This document shows, piece after piece, positions 49,664 through 59,611 of a stretch of DNA of 64,000 bases. The notes below the pieces were generated by a model that searched no databases, had not been told where the DNA came from, and was given only the letters and a program-made list of their open reading frames with translations. The stretch lies in the NCBI GenBank assembly GCA_035994985.1, contig DASYKZ010000007.1, positions 15,601 through 79,600 on the forward strand. The letters run 5' to 3'. Within the stretch, counting starts at the first letter, position 1. Each line of letters opens with the position of its first letter. Origin of the DNA: Minisyncoccota bacterium. Its GTDB lineage: Bacteria > Patescibacteriota > Minisyncoccia > Phycocordibacterales > UBA9973. Made by a program: the position numbers and the translations under genes.

Positions 49664-51594
49664 GCCATTTTTTGAAGACAAAGATGAAATTGACGCTATG
49701 GGTTATGCTTTCGGTATTGGCCGGAGTTTTTTTGGCTTCAAGCGCTTTAGCATTTTTAAAAAATAACCATCTGGAGCTATGGAGTAGCCAGGCTCTGGTC
49801 ATACAGCCGTTTGCCGACGACACCGTGGCCAAGCCGAAATATTTTTACACCACCAAAGATTCCGGCACCGAGCCGAAAATATCCGCAGAGGCATACATAG
49901 TCGGCGACTTGAATACCGGCGAAGTAATCATGGCCAAAAATCAAGATGCAAAGCGGCCCATAGCTTCAATGTCGAAGCTTATGACCGCCTTTGTGGCAAA
50001 TGAAGTAACCGACATAAACGACACAGCAGAAGTAAGTAGCGGGGCTGTCTCCGCTTCAGGCAGAAACGGAGGGCTGCGGGCCGGAGAGAAAATAAAAACT
50101 TCAGACTTGCTGTATCCACTTCTTCTAGAATCCAGCAACGACGCGGCGGAAGCGTTGGCGGAGCATTTTGGAAGAGACAGCTTTATTTCCAAAATGAACC
50201 AGCAAGCCCAAAATTTAAAAATGGCTTCTACAAATTTTGAAGACCCGAGCGGATTGTCTGCCGGCAACCAGTCTACTGCGTCTGATATGTTTCGGCTCGT
50301 CGGATACCTGCGAGGGCAAAAGCCAGAACTGCTCGCAATCACTACCAAGCGGAGCTTTAGCAACAAAAAACATAGCTGGTCGAATATTTCCCAGTTTCTC
50401 GGAGACGACGGATATATCGGGGGCAAAAGCGGATATACCGACGCGGCTCAGCAGACCGTAGTCTCTATGTTTGATTTGCCTCTCGGAGAGAGTGGCCTGC
50501 GCCCTATAGCTATCACCCTCCTCGGGAGCTCTGACCGACACAGAGACGTGGAAACTATTTTGAAATATTTGAAGAAAAATATTTATTACGGAGGAGAAGC
50601 GGATGCCAATACAAACTGGGTCGCCGAGAAAATCGGCGCACCGGACATCAAAGACCCGAATTTCGTGACGCTCACATTTGGAGGCGATATAATGCTCGAC
50701 CGCGGGGTAAAATCGTCGGTCATAAGAAATTTCGGCAATGATTACTCTGCCCTTTTTGAAAAGCTCGCCAAAGAAAATTCGCTTAAAAAATCCGATATAA
50801 ATTTTGCCAATCTGGAAGGTCCTGCCTCAGACCAAGGAGAGGATCAGAAAAATTTGTATGCTTTTAGGATGGACCCGGCGGTAATTCCCGCCCTTGCCGG
50901 CGCAGGAATAAATATTTTATCCGTCGCAAACAACCACGTGGCAGACTGGGGACGCCCCGCTTATGCCGACACTTTAGCCAATTTGAAAGAAAACGAAATA
51001 CTTTATACTGGCGGCGGAAACAACGCGGCCGAAGCTGAAGCGCCGACTATCATAGAAAAATATGGGATGAAAATAGGCTTTCTCGGATTTTCGGACCAAG
51101 GGCCGGATTATATGCAGGCAGAAGCCGGCCTTGCCGGAATACTCTCCGCCAAAAACCCGCGCTTTGATGAAATAATAAGCAGCGCCGCAAAACAAGTCGA
51201 TTACCTCGTAGTCTCCTTCCATTTCGGTGAAGAATACCAGGCAAAACATAACGTACGGCAAGCAGAGCTGGCACACAGAGCGGTGGACGACGGGGCCAAG
51301 CTCATCATTGGCGCGCACCCGCATGTGGTCCAAGATATGGAAGTATACGCTAGGAAAGACTGCACTCAAAGTTCGTGCATGAGCTTCATAGCCTACTCGC
51401 TTGGAAATTTTATCTTTGACCAGTCGTTTAGCGCGAGCACCATGCAGGGCATGCTGCTTAACGTAAAACTAGGCATAGATGGAACTATGACCGTGAGGAA
51501 AGACACCGTAAAACTAAACAGCGCTTTCCAGCCGGACCAAATTGTTCGCGGTAAAGAAGAAAAAGTGAAATTTCAGGAAGTTAAAGCGAATTAG
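49660..51594 (+). CDS. Fusion of D-Ala-D-Ala carboxypeptidase (peptidase S11) and CapA-family metallophosphoesterase
   Basis: SxxK (ASMSK), SxN (SSN), KSG; then GDIM, NLE, ANNH, FHFG, GAHPH, YSLGNF. Confidence 0.88.
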   Translation: MSHFLKTKMKLTLWVMLSVLAGVFLASSALAFLKNNHLELWSSQALVIQPFADDTVAKPKYFYTTKDSGTEPKISAEAYIVGDLNTGEVIMAKNQDAKRPIASMSKLMTAFVANEVTDINDTAEVSSGAVSASGRNGGLRAGEKIKTSDLLYPLLLESSNDAAEALAEHFGRDSFISKMNQQAQNLKMASTNFEDPSGLSAGNQSTASDMFRLVGYLRGQKPELLAITTKRSFSNKKHSWSNISQFLGDDGYIGGKSGYTDAAQQTVVSMFDLPLGESGLRPIAITLLGSSDRHRDVETILKYLKKNIYYGGEADANTNWVAEKIGAPDIKDPNFVTLTFGGDIMLDRGVKSSVIRNFGNDYSALFEKLAKENSLKKSDINFANLEGPASDQGEDQKNLYAFRMDPAVIPALAGAGINILSVANNHVADWGRPAYADTLANLKENEILYTGGGNNAAEAEAPTIIEKYGMKIGFLGFSDQGPDYMQAEAGLAGILSAKNPRFDEIISSAAKQVDYLVVSFHFGEEYQAKHNVRQAELAHRAVDDGAKLIIGAHPHVVQDMEVYARKDCTQSSCMSFIAYSLGNFIFDQSFSASTMQGMLLNVKLGIDGTMTVRKDTVKLNSAFQPDQIVRGKEEKVKFQEVKAN

Positions 51595-51606
51595 AGAAAA
51601 ATTGTT

Positions 51607-53724
51607 TTATTTGGCAATCTGCGTAGCTTCTTCGAATTTTACCGAGAGGAGCTTGGAGGCGCCGTCGGAGCCGACAGTAATCCCGTAGAGTACTCCGGCG
51701 CGGGACATCGTTTCCCTATTGTGGGTGACGACGACGAGCTGGGAATGCTTGGAAAGTTTTTCCAGCATATCACCGTACTTTCGGGAATTTGATTCATCAA
51801 GAGCGGCATCAGTCTCGTCCAATACCAAGAATGGGGGCGGGTTGACCTGCGACATGGCAAAAAGTATCGCTATAGAAGTGAGCGACCTCTCTCCTCCGGA
51901 GAGCGCCTGCAGCTCTTTGACCTTCTTGTGAGGCAGCGACACATTTATCTCTATCCCTTTTTCAAAGACTATTTCTTCATCTATTCCGGACTCTAGCTCC
52001 AGATCTTCATCCCTCTTTTTCCTTTTATTTTCCACCACGATAGACAAGGCCGCGTGTCCGCCGCCGAACATAAGCCGAAAGAACTCCTCGAATTCCACGT
52101 TTATTTTTTTAACGCCTTCCTTGAATTCTATATCGATTTTTTCCTTCAGGTCTTCTATGAGCTTCTCTAGGGACTCTATGCTCTTGGTCAGGTCTTCCAG
52201 CTCTTTCGCCAGAAACGCATCCCTCTGGAACACTTCTTCAAATTCTTTCATGATTTCCGCACCGCCGGAGAGACCAGCATCTTCGAGCTTTATTTTAATC
52301 CTTTCTATTTTTCGCCTTGTTTCTTCCTGCACAGTCCTGTCAGGTACGCCCTCGATAAGAACATTTTTATAGTCCAATATACCCCGCCCGATAAGTGCTG
52401 TACCTTCCTGTATCTCATTTTCAAATGCTTCTACCTCCCGATTCAAGTTTTCCTGCTTCACGGATAAAAGCTCTAAATGCGAAGTAAGCTCCTGCTGCTT
52501 AATTTTGTGGGTAAATTTCTCTCGCTCTTTGTCTCGCAGCGCTTCCATCTCTTCGTTTATTTCTGTTTTGAATTTTTCGGCGAGTTCGTTTTTTTCTTTT
52601 TCTTCCGTTTCCAGATTTTTTATTTCCGCCACAGTCTGCTCCTGTGAATCTTTCAATTCCGCGAGTTCCTTTTCCTCATTATGTATTTTCTCCATTTGCT
52701 CCGCTCCTTGTTCTTCTATGATACTGCCGCACATGGGGCAGCGGCCGGAGAGCTTTTCTTTGCTGATTCTGGATTCCAGTATTCCTTCAATGCGTCCCAG
52801 CTTCCGGTCGAGCTCGCCTTTTATTCTCCGGATTTCATTCAGCTTTTGCTCTATCGCACGCAGTTCGCCAATCTTTTTACTCTCTCCGCCTAAATCCGCA
52901 GTGTCAGATATTTTAAGATTTATATTTTTTAGTTCAGATTCTATTTTGGCTTTTTCTGCGGACAAATTCTTTTTCTCTTCGTCCAGATAGATGCTTTCTT
53001 TTTTTAGATAGTCCCTATATAAAGCGCCAAGCTCTTCCTGCATGACTTGGGCCTTTTCAAATTTTTCCACCTGCTTCCTTAAAAAATTCAAGTGCGGCGC
53101 ATTTTCACGGCGAAGCATGCCCACTTCTTTCATGTTCTCCCCGGTCCGCTCCAGCTTTCTTTCAGATTCTTTTATTTTGTATTGATAGACCTTGAGCCCG
53201 AGCGCGTCCTCCACCATTTCCCGCCTCTCCCGGGCGTTTGCATTTAAAATCCTGTCCGCTTCGCCTTGGGAAATGATATGATGCCCAGAGGAGCCGACGT
53301 TGACCGAAGACAAAAGATTGTGGATGTCTTTCAGGCGGACGTCTGTATTGTTTAAAATATATTTATTCAGGCCGTCCGGAAATACCTGTCTCGAAATACT
53401 GATGGTATCGTAGTTCAGGTCGACATTTTCTCCTGTATCATTGGTAAATTTAAAAACTTTGTCAGAATTATCGAAGTATACTGTCGCCGTGGCGCGGCTG
53501 CCTTTGGATAAATTTTTTGACCCCTTGAAAATGAGGTCTGTGCCGGAGCGTCCGCGCATGGATTTCATGGACTGCTCGCCCAAGACATACCGGAAAGCTT
53601 CCACTACGTTGGACTTGCCGGAGCCATTGGGGCCGACGATGCAAGTGATAGCGCTCCCAAACTCTAAAACGCTCTTATGAGCGAAAGATTTAAAGCCGTT
53701 TATTTCAAGTGTTTTGAGCCGCAT
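51607..53724 (-). CDS. smc: Short SMC-family ATPase (about 705 aa)
   Basis: GFKSF, GPNGSGKSN, ISQGE, LSGGE, LDETDAALD, VTHN; start MRLK at 53724. Confidence 0.9.
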   Translation of the reverse strand: MRLKTLEINGFKSFAHKSVLEFGSAITCIVGPNGSGKSNVVEAFRYVLGEQSMKSMRGRSGTDLIFKGSKNLSKGSRATATVYFDNSDKVFKFTNDTGENVDLNYDTISISRQVFPDGLNKYILNNTDVRLKDIHNLLSSVNVGSSGHHIISQGEADRILNANARERREMVEDALGLKVYQYKIKESERKLERTGENMKEVGMLRRENAPHLNFLRKQVEKFEKAQVMQEELGALYRDYLKKESIYLDEEKKNLSAEKAKIESELKNINLKISDTADLGGESKKIGELRAIEQKLNEIRRIKGELDRKLGRIEGILESRISKEKLSGRCPMCGSIIEEQGAEQMEKIHNEEKELAELKDSQEQTVAEIKNLETEEKEKNELAEKFKTEINEEMEALRDKEREKFTHKIKQQELTSHLELLSVKQENLNREVEAFENEIQEGTALIGRGILDYKNVLIEGVPDRTVQEETRRKIERIKIKLEDAGLSGGAEIMKEFEEVFQRDAFLAKELEDLTKSIESLEKLIEDLKEKIDIEFKEGVKKINVEFEEFFRLMFGGGHAALSIVVENKRKKRDEDLELESGIDEEIVFEKGIEINVSLPHKKVKELQALSGGERSLTSIAILFAMSQVNPPPFLVLDETDAALDESNSRKYGDMLEKLSKHSQLVVVTHNRETMSRAGVLYGITVGSDGASKLLSVKFEEATQIAK

Positions 53725-53743
53725 AGTCCTTATATTACCATAC

Positions 53744-55429
53744 TTAGTAGACTTCTTGCTGGTAACATTTTTCACAAAATACTATTTCCGGTCTTTCTGG
53801 TGCATAAGAAGTTTGGATGGACATTTTGCATTTATCACAATTCCTATTGTAAGTTTTCATTGGATTCATTTGAGCAATATGGGCACGGTCACGGGATAGT
53901 GGGCACTTTCTTGGTATAGGTAAATTAAATCTTTTCAAAAAAACTAACTCTTTTTGGATAATTTGATAATTTTTACCGCAGGTTTCGCATTTTAAAACCT
54001 CCTTAAGAATATTATCTTCTGTATCTTTTATGTGATCTGGTAATTTTATTGTTGCATCCAGATATTCTCGCGGGTCTGGGTCGCGCCAAGTAAAACCTTT
54101 AGCTAAGGCTTCCTCTTTTTTTATCGGGAAAAATTCAAACAAAGCAGATTCGTTGTAGGCCCATGAACAGAGATCGACTGGTACTTGCCCGCCGTAGCCA
54201 TGCTTTCTGCCAAGTTTGTCTATGAACGGCATTTCATTCATCTGTTTCTTTATTTTTTCTATCATTGGGAAATATTCTTCTTTAGTGTATTGCTTATTGA
54301 AAATACAATATGAAGCTTTATTTAAACCTACACATCCAAAAACATATTCACAGCTACTACAAGCAAACGTATATTCTGTTTCGTGATTACCATATCCCCA
54401 TATAGAAAACTTAACATGATTAGAGTTATTGCCAGTCCAAGTTACTTCATACATCAATTCCGAATTCTGGCCAAAATATGTATAGTCATAGCTATTTTTT
54501 ACTCCGCCCTGAATAAATAGCTGTGAGTGTTTTATATTTTCAGAATCAGAAACATAATAAACATCATTTGCATTGCGGCAATTGTACACATAATCGCCGG
54601 AAACATTATTATTGTTGCGCGTTTGAGCTGCGCGACGAGGATACTTTAGTGAAAGTTCATAAGCTTGTTTTCTAAATTTTTCTACATTATCCGGCGTACC
54701 TAATTCAAATTCTTTAATCTTACTTAAATATTCTTCCCGAGAATATTGTTGGTTAAAAATACAGTAACTTTTACTGCGGAGTGAAGTACAGCCAAAACAA
54801 TCATTGCAATTCACTAAATCTTTTGAAAAGTAGACATTGTGGCAATTTTCTAAATCCTGAGAATAAAAACACTGAAAGCAATTTCGTGCATCTACTACTT
54901 CATAACACGAGTCACAATCTGCGGAAAATGCTAAATCAAGACAGTTGGTAGTTCGTAATGCAAAGTTAGTATAGGCATTATCTTCACCGGTAATATGTCT
55001 AAAACAGAGGTATCCATTTTTTAAATAACTTACTGCGTTGCAATATTCGCTATTAGTAAGAGTCGCATAGTTGGTGTGAAGTGCCGCACGGGGTACATCT
55101 ATTAAAAGTTCTTTGTATTGCTCAAAAAATGTTCGAGTGAAATCATATTGTCTTCCATAACTTTTTGGGTCCCATTTATCGCTCCACCAAATATCTTGTC
55201 GATAAACTTTACCAGGGACATCGGGGTGGTAAAAAGTTATTATATTTTCGCCGGTAAAATCACACTTGCGTTTATATAATATTCTGTAAGAAAGCCAATT
55301 GAGCCTTCGCATAAGCCTGCACTCTGGACACCAAGTGGGTGGTGGCACTTTTATCATTTCATAAAATCCAAAATCATCTGGCTCAATCGTGAAATCTTTT
55401 TTACAATTTTGACAGATTTTGTTTTCCAT
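53744..55429 (-). CDS. Cys-rich protein of a family common in CPR genomes (zinc ribbons plus Cys repeats)
   Basis: CQNC, CPEC, WWSDKWD, CFGC repeats, terminal CEKCY. Confidence 0.75.
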   Translation of the reverse strand: MENKICQNCKKDFTIEPDDFGFYEMIKVPPPTWCPECRLMRRLNWLSYRILYKRKCDFTGENIITFYHPDVPGKVYRQDIWWSDKWDPKSYGRQYDFTRTFFEQYKELLIDVPRAALHTNYATLTNSEYCNAVSYLKNGYLCFRHITGEDNAYTNFALRTTNCLDLAFSADCDSCYEVVDARNCFQCFYSQDLENCHNVYFSKDLVNCNDCFGCTSLRSKSYCIFNQQYSREEYLSKIKEFELGTPDNVEKFRKQAYELSLKYPRRAAQTRNNNNVSGDYVYNCRNANDVYYVSDSENIKHSQLFIQGGVKNSYDYTYFGQNSELMYEVTWTGNNSNHVKFSIWGYGNHETEYTFACSSCEYVFGCVGLNKASYCIFNKQYTKEEYFPMIEKIKKQMNEMPFIDKLGRKHGYGGQVPVDLCSWAYNESALFEFFPIKKEEALAKGFTWRDPDPREYLDATIKLPDHIKDTEDNILKEVLKCETCGKNYQIIQKELVFLKRFNLPIPRKCPLSRDRAHIAQMNPMKTYNRNCDKCKMSIQTSYAPERPEIVFCEKCYQQEVY

Positions 55430-55430
55430 T

Positions 55431-56126
55431 TTAATCGAGCCAATTTTTTGCTTTTAAAGCGGCAGTCGCCGCGCTTACTTCCGCTTCCTGTTTGGACTTG
55501 CCTTTGCCCTCCGCAATCAAACTCGAGGCAAAGAAAATTCCTACGGTAAAATGCTTGTCGTGGTCGGGGCCGGATTCGCTCAAGACCTTGTATTGGGGCG
55601 TAGTCTGGAGAAATTCCTGCGCTTTTTCCTGCACCAAGCTTTTTGCGTCCCGCCACAATTTCTTTTTTACTATTTCGTCAGTTTTAGGCAGAAGATTTTC
55701 ATGCAAAAATTTGTCTACCACGGCATATCCTTGGTCCAAATACATCGCGCCGATATATGCTTCATATGTGTTGGCCAAGATATACTGCCTCGCCTTGCCG
55801 TGGTCTTTGGCTTCGCCCCGGGACAAAAGCAGATAGTCATTCATCCCGGCCTTGAGGGCAACATCGGAAATGATGATGGCGTTCACGAGGGCGGAGCGGA
55901 CTGCCGTCAATTCCCCTTCGGTATAGCCCGGATATTTTTTATATAGAAAATCCGTAACGATGAGTTCAAGCACGGCATCGCCCAAAAATTCCAAACGCTC
56001 GTTGTGCGAAAGCCCCGTGCTTCCGTTTTCATTTATATACGAACGGTGGATAAACGCCTGCTTGAGCAAATTTTTATCCTTAAAAAATATTTTTGTTTTT
56101 TCTTCAAAACCTGAAAAGTTAATCAT
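55431..56126 (-). CDS. rnc: Ribonuclease III
   Basis: NERLEFLGDAVL signature; dsRBD GPDHDKHF. Confidence 0.97.
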   Translation of the reverse strand: MINFSGFEEKTKIFFKDKNLLKQAFIHRSYINENGSTGLSHNERLEFLGDAVLELIVTDFLYKKYPGYTEGELTAVRSALVNAIIISDVALKAGMNDYLLLSRGEAKDHGKARQYILANTYEAYIGAMYLDQGYAVVDKFLHENLLPKTDEIVKKKLWRDAKSLVQEKAQEFLQTTPQYKVLSESGPDHDKHFTVGIFFASSLIAEGKGKSKQEAEVSAATAALKAKNWLD

Positions 56127-56147
56127 ATATTTTATTCTTCTTGCTTA

Positions 56148-57077
56148 TTATTTCTCTTCCGAACTAATAATCTGTATCGCTTTTTCGATAATCGGGAGCA
56201 TGTCGCTGTAAATGCGAAGTTCGGCTATGTTTGAGAGGGGAAACCATCTCGCGCCGTCTAGACCGCCGGATTTCTCCAGTTCTAGCTCTTTGTATTTGCT
56301 TTTACCCAGAAAATACACCACCTTCTTCAAAGTCTTTCCCGTGGTCGGGTGGGTGGCCACATATTCATTTTCTCCCAATTTTTCTAATAGTTCGATATCC
56401 AAGCCTATTTCTTTTTTGATGGCCCGCTTTGTGCCTTCTTCCAAAGTTTCACTCGTGTCAATTTTTCCCTTGGAAAGAGTCCAGTAGCCGAAAACATCGT
56501 GAACAAAAGCAAACAAAATATCTTCGCCTTGTTTTGCATACACCAAAGCGCCGCCCAGTTTTTCCACTTCAAGCTTGGTTATATCTACGGGCTCTTCAGA
56601 TTTTTTATTCACCTTACTTTTTTGCTCTTTGCCCGGCTCGCCTATCTCCTTGTATACCGCACCGAGTACCCCGTTTACAAACTTGCTGGAATTTTCTCCG
56701 CCGAAAGTTTTCGCCAGTTCTATCGCTTCGTTGATAGCCACCTTTGGAGGCACCTGAGCCCTGTCGCCAAACAGAAGCTCGTACAGCCCGAGCCGGAGGA
56801 TATTCCTATCAACGATAGATATCTTGTCGATAGGCCAGTCCGGCGCAGCTTTTTCTATAATCTCATCAATAACAAAGCGGTTTTTCAATATTTCACTTAT
56901 AAGAGAAAAGACAAAGTTGTCATCTTCCAGCCCCGGAGCGAATTCCTTTAAATTCCTCTTTGCCGCTTCTTTTATATATTCAAGTATAGTGCTTTCGTTC
57001 TTTTTTTCATCAGAAAGAAAATCCCACTCAAAAAGAGTTTGGAGTACTATTGATCTTGAGAGGTGCCTATTTGCCAT
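56148..57077 (-). CDS. nusB: NusB fused to a C-terminal Nudix-fold domain
   Basis: DRNILRLG..E, VAINEAIELAK, FVNGVLG; then WTLSKG....E...KRAIKKEIG. Confidence 0.9.
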   Translation of the reverse strand: MANRHLSRSIVLQTLFEWDFLSDEKKNESTILEYIKEAAKRNLKEFAPGLEDDNFVFSLISEILKNRFVIDEIIEKAAPDWPIDKISIVDRNILRLGLYELLFGDRAQVPPKVAINEAIELAKTFGGENSSKFVNGVLGAVYKEIGEPGKEQKSKVNKKSEEPVDITKLEVEKLGGALVYAKQGEDILFAFVHDVFGYWTLSKGKIDTSETLEEGTKRAIKKEIGLDIELLEKLGENEYVATHPTTGKTLKKVVYFLGKSKYKELELEKSGGLDGARWFPLSNIAELRIYSDMLPIIEKAIQIISSEEK

Positions 57078-57081
57078 TATT

Positions 57082-57145
57082 TTAGGTGTTAGGCTTTAGG
57101 TTCTAGGTTTTAGCATATTGCTAGAGCCTAGGGCCCAGCGCCTAA
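57082..57145. repeat. Heptamer-periodic palindrome between rpmF and nusB
   Basis: TTAGGTG TTAGGCT TTAGGTT CTAGGTT TTAGCA...TGCTAG AGCCTAG GGCCCAG CGCCTAA. Confidence 0.65.
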
Positions 57146-57149
57146 TCGC

Positions 57150-57383
57150 TTAGTTATTTGCTGCTGTTGCAGTCTTCGCTTTAGCTTTCTTTTGCTTCTT
57201 TTCAAGCTTGGCTACCACATCCAAAACTTTCTTTCCCCGGTAAAAACCGCATACCGAACACACCGTGTGCCGCCTCTTTAAAGCCTGGCAGTTTGTACAC
57301 TTGGTAAAACTTGTGCTCGCAAGCGCGTGGTGAGAGCGGCGATTTTTCGTATGCGATTTTGTATGCCTCATTCGTACTACCAT
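57150..57383 (-). CDS. rpmF: 50S ribosomal protein L32
   Basis: RRSHHAL, CTNC, HTVCSVCGFY. Confidence 0.95.
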   Translation of the reverse strand: MVVRMRHTKSHTKNRRSHHALASTSFTKCTNCQALKRRHTVCSVCGFYRGKKVLDVVAKLEKKQKKAKAKTATAANN

Positions 57384-57466
57384 AATGTGCTTATACTAGC
57401 ATATTAAGGCTGAATTGCAAACATGCGTACTGGCTAAGAGGTAAAAAAATTGATAGTATAAACCTT

Positions 57467-59221
57467 ATGGATAAAGCTGAAAAACTGAACAATATGAGGC
57501 ACACGTTCGCACATCTGCTCGCCGCTGCAGTCGGAGAAATATACAAATTTGATAAGGTAAAATTGACCTTGGGGCCGGCTATAGAAAACGGTTTCTATTA
57601 TGATATTGATTTCGGAGATGAAAAAATATCGAATACTGACCTAAAAAAAATTGAAGAAAAGATGCGCAAGATTTTGCCCAAATGGAAAGAATTTACGCAT
57701 AAAGAGATGAACAAAGAAGAAGCCTTGGATTTTTTCAAGAACGAATACAAAGCAGAGCTGATAAATGAAATAGCCGAACGCGGCGAAAAAATAACTACAT
57801 ATACCTGTGGAGGGTTTACAGATTTGTGCCGTGGCGGACACTTAGAACACCCTGCTGAAGAGATAAGTCCGGAAGCATTCAAGCTCGACCGTGTGGCCGG
57901 AGCATATTGGCGCGGGGATGAAAAAAATAAAATGCTTACACGCATATATGGACTTGCGTTTGAAACCAAAGAAGAACTGGACGCGTATATAACAGAGCGC
58001 ATTGAAGCGGAAAAAAGAGACCATCGTGAACTCGGTAAAAAATTAGAGCTTTTTACTTTTGATGAAGAAATTGGAAAAGGACTGCCTATCTGGCTGCCGA
58101 AAGGAAATATAATCAAAGAAGAATTGGAAAATTGGGCAAAAGAAACTGAAAGAAAGTGGGATTACCAAAGAGTGACCACTCCAATAATTACCAAAGAGAA
58201 CTTGTTTTATACTTCCGGACACCTGCCTCTCTATAAAGACAGCATGTACGCCCCGATTTCCATTGAAGATGAAAACTATTATATAAAGCCCATGAATTGT
58301 CCTTTTCATCATAAAGTTTTTTCGGCGCTGCCTAGGACTTACAAAGAACTCCCTTTGCGTTTAGCTGAGTATGGGTGGTGCCATAGATATGAGGATTCTG
58401 GCAGTTTATTTGGACTCATGAGGGTGCGAGGGATGCAGATGAACGATGCGCATATATATGTAACTCCTGAACAAGCAATAAAAGAGTTTGTAGATGTTAT
58501 AAAACTTCACGAATATTACTATAAAATTTTAGGCATTGAAAAGTATGAAATGGAGCTATCGTTAAGAGACCCAAAAAATCTAGACAAATACCATGGAGAA
58601 GAATCAGATTGGAAACTAGCCGAAGAAATGACAATAAAAGCCATGGAGCTTTCTGGCGTGCCATTTAAAATCGTCCATGAAGGCGCGGCCTTTTATGGGC
58701 CAAAAATGGACTTTCAAATATACTCCTCTATTGGACGCTCGTTTACAGCCTCTACCAACCAGCTTGATTTATACATGGGAAAAAGATTTAAGCTTGAATA
58801 TACAGACAAGGATGGGACAAAAAAAATACCGTATGTCATTCATAGGGCCCCACTTGGAACTCATGAAAGATTTATTGGATTTTTGATAGAACATTTTGCA
58901 GGCGCCTTCCCTCTCTGGCTTTCTTCTGTGCAGGTAAAAATAATCCCTGTGCGTACAGGCCACAACGAATACGCAAAAGAAGTTTTTGAAATGCTGAAAG
59001 AACATAATATCCGGGCGGAGCTGGACGATGCCGATGAAAACCTCGGCACAAAAGTCCGGGACGCTAAAAATAATAAGCTCCCCTATTGGGTAGTCATCGG
59101 CGACAAAGAGATAGAAGCTGATAAAATCACGCTTGAGTCTCGGGACTCCGGCAATCTTGGACAGATGCCGAAAGAAGAACTCCTTAAAAAATTATTAGAG
59201 GAAATTAAAGATAAGAAATAA
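57467..59221 (+). CDS. thrS: Threonine--tRNA ligase
   Basis: DLCRGGH, AGAYWRG, RDHRELG, KPMNCP, HRAPLG..ERF. Confidence 0.97.
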   Translation: MDKAEKLNNMRHTFAHLLAAAVGEIYKFDKVKLTLGPAIENGFYYDIDFGDEKISNTDLKKIEEKMRKILPKWKEFTHKEMNKEEALDFFKNEYKAELINEIAERGEKITTYTCGGFTDLCRGGHLEHPAEEISPEAFKLDRVAGAYWRGDEKNKMLTRIYGLAFETKEELDAYITERIEAEKRDHRELGKKLELFTFDEEIGKGLPIWLPKGNIIKEELENWAKETERKWDYQRVTTPIITKENLFYTSGHLPLYKDSMYAPISIEDENYYIKPMNCPFHHKVFSALPRTYKELPLRLAEYGWCHRYEDSGSLFGLMRVRGMQMNDAHIYVTPEQAIKEFVDVIKLHEYYYKILGIEKYEMELSLRDPKNLDKYHGEESDWKLAEEMTIKAMELSGVPFKIVHEGAAFYGPKMDFQIYSSIGRSFTASTNQLDLYMGKRFKLEYTDKDGTKKIPYVIHRAPLGTHERFIGFLIEHFAGAFPLWLSSVQVKIIPVRTGHNEYAKEVFEMLKEHNIRAELDDADENLGTKVRDAKNNKLPYWVVIGDKEIEADKITLESRDSGNLGQMPKEELLKKLLEEIKDKK

Positions 59222-59223
59222 TA

Positions 59224-59541
59224 ATGATTAAATATAAATTTAAAGTTATTATTCTCCTTTTATTGATAATTGTTTTTTTACCAAGTATTTCAAGTGCCTT
59301 TGTAGTTCAATCAGATTATTCATCATATGAACCAGCGGGATTAGTTTTGGGAGTTTGGCATGGCTTGCTAGTTCCATGGTCTCTAATAGCAAGATGGTTT
59401 ATAAGCGATATTGGAATGTATGCAATAGACAACACCGGTTGGTTTTATGATGCAGGTTTTCTTATAGGAGCCAGTGGTTCAATTCCTTTTGGCTGGCTGG
59501 CTGCAATTATTTCTGCAATTAGTCATATATTCTTCTATTAG
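59224..59541 (+). CDS. Small membrane protein
   Basis: PAG..G.WHG, NTGWFYDAGF motifs; hydrophobic. Confidence 0.7.
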   Translation: MIKYKFKVIILLLLIIVFLPSISSAFVVQSDYSSYEPAGLVLGVWHGLLVPWSLIARWFISDIGMYAIDNTGWFYDAGFLIGASGSIPFGWLAAIISAISHIFFY

Positions 59542-59571
59542 AGAATATGCTTAATTTTTAGCAAAGTTCCT

Positions 59572-59607
59572 TTTTCTTAACCTATCATATATGATAGGTT
59601 AAGAAAA
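59572..59607. terminator. Perfect 36-bp palindrome, likely a bidirectional terminator
   Basis: TTTTCTTAACCTATCATA|TATGATAGGTTAAGAAAA between convergent genes. Confidence 0.7.
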
Positions 59608-59611
59608 CTAA

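Noticed and set aside
57990-58900. Apparent AT-richer middle of thrS suggesting a recombined catalytic domain
   Set aside because: Impression by eye only; cannot be quantified or supported without phylogeny
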